IMG/VR virus record: IMGVR_UViG_3300037400_002699
Location: 32,001 to 96,000 of that record
Length of the DNA: 64,000 nucleotides
DNA from: a virus
Taxonomy: Duplodnaviria; Caudoviricetes
Strand: one strand, 5' to 3'
Shown here: positions 47,125 through 56,230 of the stretch, piece by piece
Numbering within the stretch: position 1 is the stretch's first letter
How the letters are laid out: every line of letters begins with the position of its first letter
The notes under the pieces: generated by a model
What the model was told of the DNA's origin: nothing
The model's database searches: none
What the model saw: only the letters and a program-made list of their open reading frames with translations
Made by a program: the position numbers and the translations under genes

Positions 47125-49341
47125 ATGCAGAAAAGAAGAACAAGAATGTACGAGCCTTGGGGATACAGGGAGGAGAATAACTACCAAAGTTCAGAAAACA
47201 TACGTGAGGATGACTTAAGCAGTTTCTTCGCTGGCGTTGAATATAAGAGAAGCGACAATAAAATTCATTTCTCAAATAAAGATGGAGAAGAGGTTGGAAC
47301 ACTAAACGTAAACGACTTTATCAAATCAGACCAAATTGTTGAAAAGGCATGGTATGAAGATGGTAAAATCTACGTCAAATTCACCAACGGAGATTTAATA
47401 ACAGTAGATGTTAAAGAACTTCTTGATGAGAATGAATTCAAGGAAGGACTTCAAGTAGTCGATGGGATTGTATCAGTACTTAAAGACCCTGCTAGCGAAA
47501 AATGGCTGACAATATCAGAGAACGGTGTGAAGGTTGATGGAATTCAAGCTGAGATTGACCGCCTTGATGGTAGAATCGATGACGAAACCTCAAGAGCTAC
47601 ATCAGAGGAATCTAGAATAGAGGCAAAGCTAGATGCTGAAATAACCAGGTCAACTGACGAAGATGCGAGACTTGACGGAAAGATTGATGATGAAACCACA
47701 AGGGCAAAAGAAGCTGAAGCTGGATTAAGCAGAAGAATAGATACACTTAATGACGAACTTGATAGAGAAGAAGCACGTGCCCAAGCAGCAGAGCAAGAAC
47801 TTAGTACAAGATTAACAACTGAAATTGCTGATAGAAAAGCAGATGTTGATGAGGAAGAGGCTCGCGCCAAGGCAGCAGAAGAGGCTTTGCAAGAGGCTAT
47901 TGACGATGAGACCGCAAGAGCAACTAGCGCTGAGACTGCATTACAGACTGCAATTGATAATGAGGCTGCAAGGGCAACAGCAGCAGAAGGAGTATTGCAG
48001 ACAAATATTGATAATGAGGCTTCAAGAGCAACTAGTGCTGAAACTGATTTACAAGGTGCAATTAACGATGAAGCAACAAGAGCACAGGGAGTAGAAGATT
48101 CTCTTAACGATAAGATTGATGCGGCGGTAAGCAGTATTACTGATGCAGTTAGCGAAGAAGTTGCTGATAGAAAGGCTGAAGCCGTTGCAAGTGCTGCATA
48201 CGATGAAAGCGCTAAGACAATTAATTTCCTTAATGCAAATGGCGCTGTGATTTCATCTGTTGATGCAACTGATTTCATTAAGGACGGCATGATTGAAAGC
48301 GTTAAAATTGAAAACGGTAATCTTGTCATTACGTTTAACACAGAAAGCGGAAAAGAACCAATATCAATTCCATTGAGCGATATATTCAATCCGAATAACT
48401 ATTACACGAAGGATGAAATCAATGAGAAAGTCTCCACAATCAACGATAATATCTCTGATGAGGCATCAGCAAGGGAAAGCGGAGATACAGCCTTAGACGG
48501 AAAAATAGACGCATTAGAAGCCGTAGTAGACACAAAGGCTAATACGACTGATGTCAATGCAGCACTTGGTTTAAAGGCTGATAAGACAGAGATTCCTACC
48601 GATTTCTATACACAAGAAGAGGTCGATACAATGCTTGCAGAGAAACAAGCTGAAATTGACAAAATAATCTCTGATTATAAAAAACTCAAGGAAATAGTAG
48701 GAGACCTTGGTGGTGATGTCGAGTACAGCGTTCCAGCTGATGGAAAACTCACTGATATGTTAAAGAAAAGTGGTATAATTAAGCTTACTGAAGACGTTGA
48801 GAGCAACACTTATACTGGTGGCATAACATCAAAGAATATCACCACTTTGAATCTTGGTGGTAAAACTATCACAACAACTGCAAATACCACAACAAATCCA
48901 TCAATCATGGCAAGGGGTACGCAGCAATTCACAATACAAGGTAGTGGAACATTAAATGCAAATGGTCATATCGCTATCGAGGCAAATGGTGAAAATGCAG
49001 TTATCACACTTGGTGGAACAGCATTCGGCAAACCTACATACGTTACCAATAGAGAGGGTGAGTTAATTTACTGTTATCTTGGAACAATTAACATCACCAA
49101 TGGAGTCTTCAGAAATGACAATGATAATAAAGCATTCTTGTTAAACTGCTATGATGCAAACTATAAGAATGGTACGGCAAAGATTGTTGTAACTGGTGGT
49201 AAGTTCTATGACTTCGACCCTGCAAACAATACTTCTGAAGGAGAAGGTACATCTTACGTTCCTGAAGGATATGTATCAGTCGAAAGCACTGAAACCATTG
49301 ATGGCGTGGAGCATAAAGTCTACACGGTGAAAAAAGCATAA
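47125..49341 (+). CDS. Coiled-coil fibre-like protein with beta-helix-like C-terminus
   Basis: Tandem ~18-aa IDxExxRAxxAExxLQxA repeats; YYTKDE motifs; INITNGVF / VTGGKF C-terminal domain. Confidence 0.7.
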   Translation: MQKRRTRMYEPWGYREENNYQSSENIREDDLSSFFAGVEYKRSDNKIHFSNKDGEEVGTLNVNDFIKSDQIVEKAWYEDGKIYVKFTNGDLITVDVKELLDENEFKEGLQVVDGIVSVLKDPASEKWLTISENGVKVDGIQAEIDRLDGRIDDETSRATSEESRIEAKLDAEITRSTDEDARLDGKIDDETTRAKEAEAGLSRRIDTLNDELDREEARAQAAEQELSTRLTTEIADRKADVDEEEARAKAAEEALQEAIDDETARATSAETALQTAIDNEAARATAAEGVLQTNIDNEASRATSAETDLQGAINDEATRAQGVEDSLNDKIDAAVSSITDAVSEEVADRKAEAVASAAYDESAKTINFLNANGAVISSVDATDFIKDGMIESVKIENGNLVITFNTESGKEPISIPLSDIFNPNNYYTKDEINEKVSTINDNISDEASARESGDTALDGKIDALEAVVDTKANTTDVNAALGLKADKTEIPTDFYTQEEVDTMLAEKQAEIDKIISDYKKLKEIVGDLGGDVEYSVPADGKLTDMLKKSGIIKLTEDVESNTYTGGITSKNITTLNLGGKTITTTANTTTNPSIMARGTQQFTIQGSGTLNANGHIAIEANGENAVITLGGTAFGKPTYVTNREGELIYCYLGTINITNGVFRNDNDNKAFLLNCYDANYKNGTAKIVVTGGKFYDFDPANNTSEGEGTSYVPEGYVSVESTETIDGVEHKVYTVKKA

Positions 49342-49407
49342 AAACTAAATGGAACGATATACTTGTTGATTCCAAATTTATTTCTTACATAAATATACAA
49401 AAAGATA

Positions 49408-49440
49408 ATGAGGAATTGTTTAAATACAGTTCCTCATTTT
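49408..49440. terminator. Repeated terminator A (copy 1 of 3)
   Basis: ATGAGGAATTGT-TTAAAT-ACAGTTCCTCAT-TTT; near-identical copies at 54694 and 62215. Confidence 0.8.
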
Positions 49441-49455
49441 TATATCAATTATGAA

Positions 49456-49653
49456 CTAGCAAAGTAATATTATAATTCCATAAATAAACACTAATAGACT
49501 TATAATAAAGAATATTAGCCAATTCCTTTTTGTGGTTCTAACAGATTCAACATCCGCATGACAGTCTGGGTTGATGAGTTTTTTCCTCATGACGAAGAAT
49601 ATAATGATTGACATAATCAAAAATATCCCTCCAAATACTATAAATGGATTCAT
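49456..49653 (-). CDS. Small two-TM membrane protein
   Basis: Two hydrophobic segments separated by a charged loop. Confidence 0.6.
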   Translation of the reverse strand: MNPFIVFGGIFLIMSIIIFFVMRKKLINPDCHADVESVRTTKRNWLIFFIISLLVFIYGIIILLC

Positions 49654-49654
49654 A

Positions 49655-50443
49655 TTATGTATTATTCTTTTTTAACTCATTATATTTATTTTCAGTAACT
49701 ATTACTGGATATGTTTTTATTTTTTTGAATTTATGCATCATAAACAGATTTGATAATCGTTCGGCGATATATCCTCCTATTCTATATTGGTATTCAACTG
49801 TATTATTTGGATAGAAAATTTTAATGTATTTTTCATAGTTGTCATATATTCTCTTATTGATGTCTGTTCCAACAATTTTTAGGTATTCATCAAGTATTGA
49901 GAATATAAAGTCTATATATTCCTTGAAGTCTTCCCTTTTCATTATGAACATGTTATATGGAATCAATATATTTCCGTTAATGAAATTCTTCCATATATTT
50001 GTTTGTTCTGGATATTTCTCAGCAATGATTCCACCAATGATATACAAGTCTTCAATGTTATGACAAAATAAATATTGTGTTTTCACATTTGTCTTTAACA
50101 CTTTTGGTTTTGAGCATATTGCATCATATTTAGAGAATATATCATCCATATCTGGAATATTATCAAGGAATGAGAAATATCTTCTGTTATGACAAAATCC
50201 AACATATTCTGGTAACTCTATATTTTTAGATACATAATATAGCATATATAATTCTGAATAGAACTTATCATCAAGTTTTAAATTATTTTTGCATTTTATA
50301 AGTTCAAGATTGGAATTATTTTCTATTTCATGATTTCCGACAATTATCTTATACACATCATTTTTAACAGCTGGTGTGAACGTTTTTTGAGTGCCTATAA
50401 AAATATTTAAATTATTGTTCATATCATTTAAAGTTTCTGTCAA
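49655..50443 (-). CDS. DUF4422-like glycosyltransferase
   Basis: YSEL, YVGFCHNRRYF, YNMFIMK..F..Y..FIF.IL and RIGGYIAERL motifs. Confidence 0.75.
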   Translation of the reverse strand: MTETLNDMNNNLNIFIGTQKTFTPAVKNDVYKIIVGNHEIENNSNLELIKCKNNLKLDDKFYSELYMLYYVSKNIELPEYVGFCHNRRYFSFLDNIPDMDDIFSKYDAICSKPKVLKTNVKTQYLFCHNIEDLYIIGGIIAEKYPEQTNIWKNFINGNILIPYNMFIMKREDFKEYIDFIFSILDEYLKIVGTDINKRIYDNYEKYIKIFYPNNTVEYQYRIGGYIAERLSNLFMMHKFKKIKTYPVIVTENKYNELKKNNT

Positions 50444-51089
50444 TATATGTCCAAGTATCTGTACAGTTCATTTCTATTAGGACATCTGTAAAATCAATAT
50501 CAGCCCATTTGTCAGATAATGTAAGGTTATTTCTATTATCAAAGTACCATATTTCTTTGAAAAAGCAAGATAAAAGAGGCACATCTGGTATTAATTGTGA
50601 ATCTCCGCTTATGAATAATATTCTATCACTATTTATAGTTTTATTAATAAGCCTTGAGCATTCATGAGAATACTTATAAAGCCTATGATAATCTGTAATG
50701 TCTTTGTTTGGCGAATCGTTACTTGTTATATTTTCAAATAATAGATTATCAAAATGCTCTCCCCTTGTATAGCCATATATTTCATATTCATATTTTTCCT
50801 TTGGCTTTAATAAAGATATATCAAAATTTCCACTATGTCTTTCGTCAACAAAGAAATCATCATCATTAAAATTTATATTAAGTATTTTGCACAATAATGG
50901 TATAGTATATTTCCTATGATACTGCGGAGTGTAATGGTTGTTGTTTTTCGCCCAACCGTCATACATCATACCTTTCTCTGGTAACGGAAGCTTATTTATT
51001 TCCTTATCAACTTTATATTCCTTATAAGTTGTGTATGAATATGGAAACTGTATATACACAGCCTTGTCAATTAAATCTTTCTTTGTCAT
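50424..51089 (-). CDS. Hypothetical protein, possibly SGNH/AlgX-like (GDS motif)
   Basis: NNHYT...ILFISGDSQ...FFKEIWYFDNR; very AT-rich. Confidence 0.55.
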   Translation of the reverse strand: MTKKDLIDKAVYIQFPYSYTTYKEYKVDKEINKLPLPEKGMMYDGWAKNNNHYTPQYHRKYTIPLLCKILNINFNDDDFFVDERHSGNFDISLLKPKEKYEYEIYGYTRGEHFDNLLFENITSNDSPNKDITDYHRLYKYSHECSRLINKTINSDRILFISGDSQLIPDVPLLSCFFKEIWYFDNRNNLTLSDKWADIDFTDVLIEMNCTDTWTYIDRNFK

Positions 51090-51244
51090 TCACATTAAAC
51101 GAGTTTTTTGGTAATTCAAACATAGTTTTTAATTTATATATAAATAATAATATTTTATATTAATAAATAAACAAATTGAAATAGTAAAATATTTATTATA
51201 TAAAAAGAAATAAAAAATAATTAATAAAATATTTTAAGAAAATT

Positions 51245-53179
51245 ATGGCTATAATTAACAACAATGTAGAGAACGTTAAGTTCTTGAGAAACCAAAATCC
51301 TTTTGAGTCACGTGAAGCTGCACGTACCGCTTTGGAGAGCAATAAGGGACAAGCTGCTGATGGTACTGCCTTGCTTGCTCGTTACACCATAACTGACGGA
51401 CAGACAACAGACGTTAAGACTCTTGTTGGTTTTGTTGCTGAGGTAAATTCAACAAAGTACGTCACAATATTTGACGTTGAAGGTGGAAGTGAGGATGTTA
51501 ATAATCTTCGTGAAGAGATTAATGCAAAACTTGGTACTACTTTCATTAGCTCAAGCAATACTGTAGAGTCAAACCTTACTGCTTTAAGTGGTAATAACAG
51601 TTCAACAAGTGCTGAGACCTCTGTTGAAGGTGCTAAGAGATATGCTGATGAATTAAAGAATCAGATGGATTACAGTGGTGTAACAACTGGAACTGGTGTT
51701 TATGTAACAAACGTAACACAGTCTGATGGTATTGTATCTGCAACAACTGCAACCCTTCCAACCGTAACTGGTGAGGTTGAGTCTAAGAAGGTTGTAATGA
51801 GTGTATCTGAGGACAAGGGAGAAATTGCTGTCACTAAGGGTACTATTGAATCTTCTGATAAGACTGTTGTAATAGGTGACTTGGCTGAAGGTAATGGTGT
51901 TGACTTCAAGGTTAATATTGATGGTGAGACACTTGTTGCTGATACAAGTACTGGTGTGATTAGTGTCGCTTCTGCTGCTCTTACACAGTATGTTGGCGAT
52001 GAAGACACCATACACATTTCTGCTGCTGATGCACAGAACAACAAGACTGTTAGTTCACTCCTTACAATTTCAGCAACAACTCCAAGTGAAGCTAATGTAA
52101 AGGAACAGTATAACCTTGTTGGCGCAAGTGGTAATACAATTGGTGCAACTATTAAAATTTATAAGGACAGTGCATTGCTTTCAGTTGCATTGTTACACGC
52201 TGATACCACAGCAAACCCACAAGTATTGCCAACATATGACAAGGCAACAAATACTTGGACTGATATTGCAGACCCAACAGACGAAAACCAAGCATTGTGC
52301 TATGCATATGAGGATGTAAGTGGAAACACTGTTGTTGCAGCAGTCCCAGTTGGTGCATTTATCAATGAGCAAGAGTTTGCAAGTGGTGTTACTTGGGATG
52401 CAACTGCAAATAAGGTTAAGGGTGTTGTTGACTCAACTTCAGAAAAGGATTCACAAGACACTCCAGTTGATTTCTTGACAGTTGGCGCTGATGGTTTCAA
52501 GATTAGTGGAATTAAGGATGAGATTGATAGACAACTTGACGCTGTGGTTGAAGACCTTGATGCAACCGTAACTGGTGAAACAGCAAACCAACATATCACA
52601 ATTTCCATTGAAGAACTTGATGGTAAACTTGTTCAGAGTGGCTTGACAATCACTGAAAGCAACATTGCAAACGCTGATGACCTTGCAGAACTTAGTGGAA
52701 AGACAGTAACCGCATTGACGTCTACAAATGGTAGTATTACTGCACAGATAGATGATGCTGCTGGCTGCAAGACATATGACATCGAGACTGATGCTGACAA
52801 GATTAAGATGAGTGGTTTCACAAGCACTGACGCACTTAGTGGCATTACAGAGGCTGATTCAATCGCAACAGCGTTTGAGAAGGTGGATGCAGTTATCACA
52901 GAGAATGAGCAAGTTACTTCTGAGGCATTGAACGACCTTAACTCTAGAATCAACACAGTTAGTGGCGAGGTTGAAACTCTTACAACAGACTCACTCAGTG
53001 GAATCACAGTTAATGGTACTGCTGTAGCACCATCAAATCACGTTGCTCCATTGGTAATTGATTCTACTTCTGCTGCAACTGAATCCAGCGATGGTAAGGC
53101 AATTACTGTTCAGACTGATGCAAATGGTAACATTACACTTGGAATTTCCTCAATTGATTGTGGCTACTATAGTGAGTAA
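51245..53179 (+). CDS. Thr/Ser/Asp-rich fibre or structural protein
   Basis: 644 aa, beta-rich low-complexity sequence, ends IDCGYYSE; TATTTAT 51190-96 upstream. Confidence 0.7.
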   Translation: MAIINNNVENVKFLRNQNPFESREAARTALESNKGQAADGTALLARYTITDGQTTDVKTLVGFVAEVNSTKYVTIFDVEGGSEDVNNLREEINAKLGTTFISSSNTVESNLTALSGNNSSTSAETSVEGAKRYADELKNQMDYSGVTTGTGVYVTNVTQSDGIVSATTATLPTVTGEVESKKVVMSVSEDKGEIAVTKGTIESSDKTVVIGDLAEGNGVDFKVNIDGETLVADTSTGVISVASAALTQYVGDEDTIHISAADAQNNKTVSSLLTISATTPSEANVKEQYNLVGASGNTIGATIKIYKDSALLSVALLHADTTANPQVLPTYDKATNTWTDIADPTDENQALCYAYEDVSGNTVVAAVPVGAFINEQEFASGVTWDATANKVKGVVDSTSEKDSQDTPVDFLTVGADGFKISGIKDEIDRQLDAVVEDLDATVTGETANQHITISIEELDGKLVQSGLTITESNIANADDLAELSGKTVTALTSTNGSITAQIDDAAGCKTYDIETDADKIKMSGFTSTDALSGITEADSIATAFEKVDAVITENEQVTSEALNDLNSRINTVSGEVETLTTDSLSGITVNGTAVAPSNHVAPLVIDSTSAATESSDGKAITVQTDANGNITLGISSIDCGYYSE

Positions 53180-53191
53180 TTACTTATGAAT

Positions 53192-53229
53192 AAAAAAAAG
53201 TCTAGATAACCTTTATCTAGACTTTTTTA
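53192..53229. terminator. Bidirectional terminator
   Basis: AAAAAAAGTCTAGATAA-CCT-TTATCTAGACTTTTTT. Confidence 0.8.
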
Positions 53230-54577
53230 TTTCTTTTAATAGTTTATTTTTATCAACAAATAGATTGTTTTTATTATATATTTTATTAAAATACTTTGTA
53301 TACCCTTTAACATTTGTATAATATAGTATTTTAATACCATTATCAACACACCCATTATATTTGATTACATCTTTTTCTATTCTGTTAACGTCTTTAAAAA
53401 ATGGGCTTTTTTCAAAGTGTTGAATTCCTTGGCATTCAATCACAACATTATATTTTGGTAAATAAAAATCAAATGGTAAAGGGTTTATATTTTTAACATT
53501 ATTAAATTTTTTTTGCCTTATATTTTCAATAGTGTTTTCATTTAATAATAGATTAATTTCTTCCTCTAATTTACTTTCATTACACAATGGGCAATTACTT
53601 TTACTTAGTATGTGGTTTGTTGGCATTTGCCAGAACTCTCCGTGCTTTGGACATATAATACAAACTGGTGTATGGTTATTCACATATTCGACCTTTGAAT
53701 AATCATATTTATCTCCATGTATTTCTTTTGCCTTTTTTATAAATTCTTCTGTGGTTGATTTTTTATTGTTGGAACAAATTGGGCATCCACACCCTTGTAA
53801 ATGGTGGTGATAATACTGTTCAAATTCACCGTGTTTTTTGCAGATTATTTTTATTTTTTTATTTTCTGAGATTTTATCAATTAAGCTATAATCGTATTCA
53901 TCTCCATGAATTTTTTTTGCTTTTTCAATAAACTCATCAACGTTTATTTTATCTTTTTTGGCGCATTTTTGGCATCCGCAACCTCTTAGATGGTTTTCTG
54001 GCATCTGATAGAATTCTCCATGTTCTGGACAAATTATACATACTTTTATTTTAGCTCCTTTATATTCAACTTTTGAGTAATCATATTTATCTCCATGTAT
54101 TTTTTTTGCCTTGCTGATAAATTGTTTTGTTTGTTCTTTTATTTTATCCTCATCAATTATTTCTGGGTATTTTATTCCTCGTCTACCTAAGAATGGCATA
54201 CCTGTTTTAGATTTTAAATGAACGAATGGGTATTGCCAAAACTCCCCAGTAGGATTTTCTTCAGTAATTAATTCTTTGCACATTATGCAAACTTTTTCCC
54301 TTCTATTTGTATAAACGGTTTTTGAGTAGTCAAATTTATCACCAAATTTTTCAGTAGCATCTTTTATAAAATTTTCTGTTGTATAATTACGCCTTTTTCC
54401 AATGCATTTTGGACATCCTTGGCCACGTAAATGCGCATATACTACTTGTTCGAACTCACCGTGTATAGGACATATTATTTTCATTTTTTTTAATACTGAT
54501 ATATTACTAAATTTAGGGTAATCATATTTATTACCATGAACAATTTTTGCTCTTTTTACTATTTCATCATATTTCAT
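53213..54577 (-). mobile_element. Free-standing homing-endonuclease-like gene (repeated Zn-ribbon modules plus Vsr/PD-(D/E)xK-like nuclease domain)
   Basis: About five copies of HGDKYDYSKVEY...IICPxHGEFxQ...H..G.GCP.C; C-terminal PFDFYLP...IECQGIQH; antisense insertion; very AT-rich. Confidence 0.8.
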
Positions 54578-54630
54578 ATCGTTATGTAATTTCTTATTTA
54601 TAAATATCTCTTAATAAGAAAAAAATTTTT

Positions 54631-54663
54631 GATTGTGGTTACTATGATGGTACACAAGGCTAA
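54631..54663 (+). repeat. Orphan duplicate of the 3' end of gene 51245..53179
   Basis: GATTGTGGTTACTATGATGGTACACAAGGCTAA (DCGYYDGTQG*) versus GATTGTGGCTACTATAGTGAGTAA (DCGYYSE*) at 53156. Confidence 0.75.
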
Positions 54664-54693
54664 AAAAAAATAATAAATTATAATATACAAAAG

Positions 54694-54728
54694 ATGAGGA
54701 ATTGTTTGAATACAGTTCCTCATTTTTT
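54694..54728 (+). terminator. Repeated terminator A (copy 2 of 3)
   Basis: ATGAGGAATTGT-TTGAAT-ACAGTTCCTCATTTTT. Confidence 0.8.
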
Positions 54729-54783
54729 ATTTCCCTACAAATATTTATTACTATATGATAACTTTAATAATAATATAACAATT

Positions 54784-55980
54784 ATGGCAATCTATTTAAA
54801 GAAGTTTGAGAATCATACGCAGTATGATAATTACATCAATGGTAGTGGAGCAATACTACCAAATGTATCTATATGTGTAACAGAAGGTGATGTGCATTAT
54901 AATCCTTATGTGTCACCATATGCTGGTTTCTGTAAACTGGTATTAAGCAATGGTGAAACTGTAGAACTTGAAGGTAGTGGGCGATTAACAAGTGCGCATA
55001 CAAGAGAATACAGTGCAACAACCGTAAATGCTGAAATTGGCACACAGTGTACAAGTATTGGTGAAAGGACTTTCTTTCAATGTACTAGTCTTACAAGTTG
55101 TACTATAGGAAGTGGCGTTACAAGTATTGGTACATATGCTTTCTATAAATGTAGCGGTCTTACAAATATAGTTGTGCCTAATAGTGTTACAACTATTGGT
55201 TATAATGCTTTCGATAGTTGTAGTAGTCTTACAAGTATAGATATACCAGATAGTGTTATAAGTATTGGCGATGCTGCTTTCGGTTATTGTACTAGTCTTA
55301 CAAGTTGTACTATAGGTAGTGGTGTTACAACTATTGGTGATAGTATTTTCCAACGTTGTAGTGGTCTTACAAGAATGAACAGTGACATTGATGGTGTATT
55401 CAACATTCCAAGTGGTGTTACAAGTATTGACCATAATGCTTTCAATAATTGTAGAAGTCTTACAAGTATAGAAATACCAAGTGGTGTTACAAGTATTGGC
55501 TATGGTGCTTTCTCTGATTGTACTAGTCTTACAAATATAGTTATACCTAATAGTGTTACAACTATTGGTCATTATGCTTTCTCTCATTGTACTAGTCTTA
55601 CAAATATAGTTGTGCCTAATAGTGTTACAACTATTGGTAATAATGCTTTCGGTAGTTGTAGTGGTCTTACAAGTTGTACCATAGGTAATGGTGTTACAAG
55701 TATTGGCGAGGAGGCTTTCACATATTGTAGTAGTCTTACAAGTTGTACCATAGGTAATGGTGTTACAAGTATTGGTACTTATGCTTTCAGAAAATGTAGT
55801 AGTCTTACAAGTATAGTATGTAATGCTACCACATCACCTACAATATCAAGTACTACATTCCGAGATGTCAAGACAAGGGGCACATTAACAGTGCCAAGTG
55901 GTAGTAGTGGTTATGATGTATGGATGGGTACAGGAAATTATTATCTAGGAAAATATAATTGGACGAAGGTAGAACAATAA
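54784..55980 (+). CDS. BspA-type (LRR_5) leucine-rich repeat protein with shared N-terminal anchor
   Basis: Tandem 23-aa CxxLTSxxIPxxVTSIGxxAF repeats. Start MAIYLKKF at 54784; the ORF-track ATG 54694 lies inside the terminator hairpin. Confidence 0.9.
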   Translation: MAIYLKKFENHTQYDNYINGSGAILPNVSICVTEGDVHYNPYVSPYAGFCKLVLSNGETVELEGSGRLTSAHTREYSATTVNAEIGTQCTSIGERTFFQCTSLTSCTIGSGVTSIGTYAFYKCSGLTNIVVPNSVTTIGYNAFDSCSSLTSIDIPDSVISIGDAAFGYCTSLTSCTIGSGVTTIGDSIFQRCSGLTRMNSDIDGVFNIPSGVTSIDHNAFNNCRSLTSIEIPSGVTSIGYGAFSDCTSLTNIVIPNSVTTIGHYAFSHCTSLTNIVVPNSVTTIGNNAFGSCSGLTSCTIGNGVTSIGEEAFTYCSSLTSCTIGNGVTSIGTYAFRKCSSLTSIVCNATTSPTISSTTFRDVKTRGTLTVPSGSSGYDVWMGTGNYYLGKYNWTKVEQ

Positions 55981-55988
55981 TAATATAA

Positions 55989-56018
55989 GAGTAATCAGAA
56001 ATGGTTGCTCTTTTTTTA
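55989..56018 (+). terminator. Repeated terminator B (copy 1 of 2)
   Basis: GAGTAATCA-GAAA-TGGTTGCTC-TTTTTTT; second copy at 63721. Confidence 0.8.
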
Positions 56019-56041
56019 TTTTTGGTTTGATATTTATGTAT

Positions 56042-56227
56042 ATGAAGGAAGATAACAATATAAATTGGGAACAGATAAGGATTGATGCTAGCATTAATAT
56101 AATGAATGCCATATTGTCAAGTTCTATTATGGTATTCATATTTCAGTTTATATTCAAGAGGCAGATTGCAGATATTGCGGTTAGTTATGCCAATAAATTG
56201 ATTGAGGAATTAAAGAAAAACAAATAA
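56042..56227 (+). CDS. Small hypothetical protein
   Basis: ATG just downstream of TATTTAT 56031; WEQIRI...AVSYANKLIEELK. Confidence 0.55.
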   Translation: MKEDNNINWEQIRIDASINIMNAILSSSIMVFIFQFIFKRQIADIAVSYANKLIEELKKNK

Positions 56228-56230
56228 AAT

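Noticed and set aside
54694-54783. N-terminal extension of the first LRR gene in the ORF track
   Set aside because: The ATG is part of terminator A and lies upstream of the late motif. The paralog at 62308 starts at MAIYLKKF.
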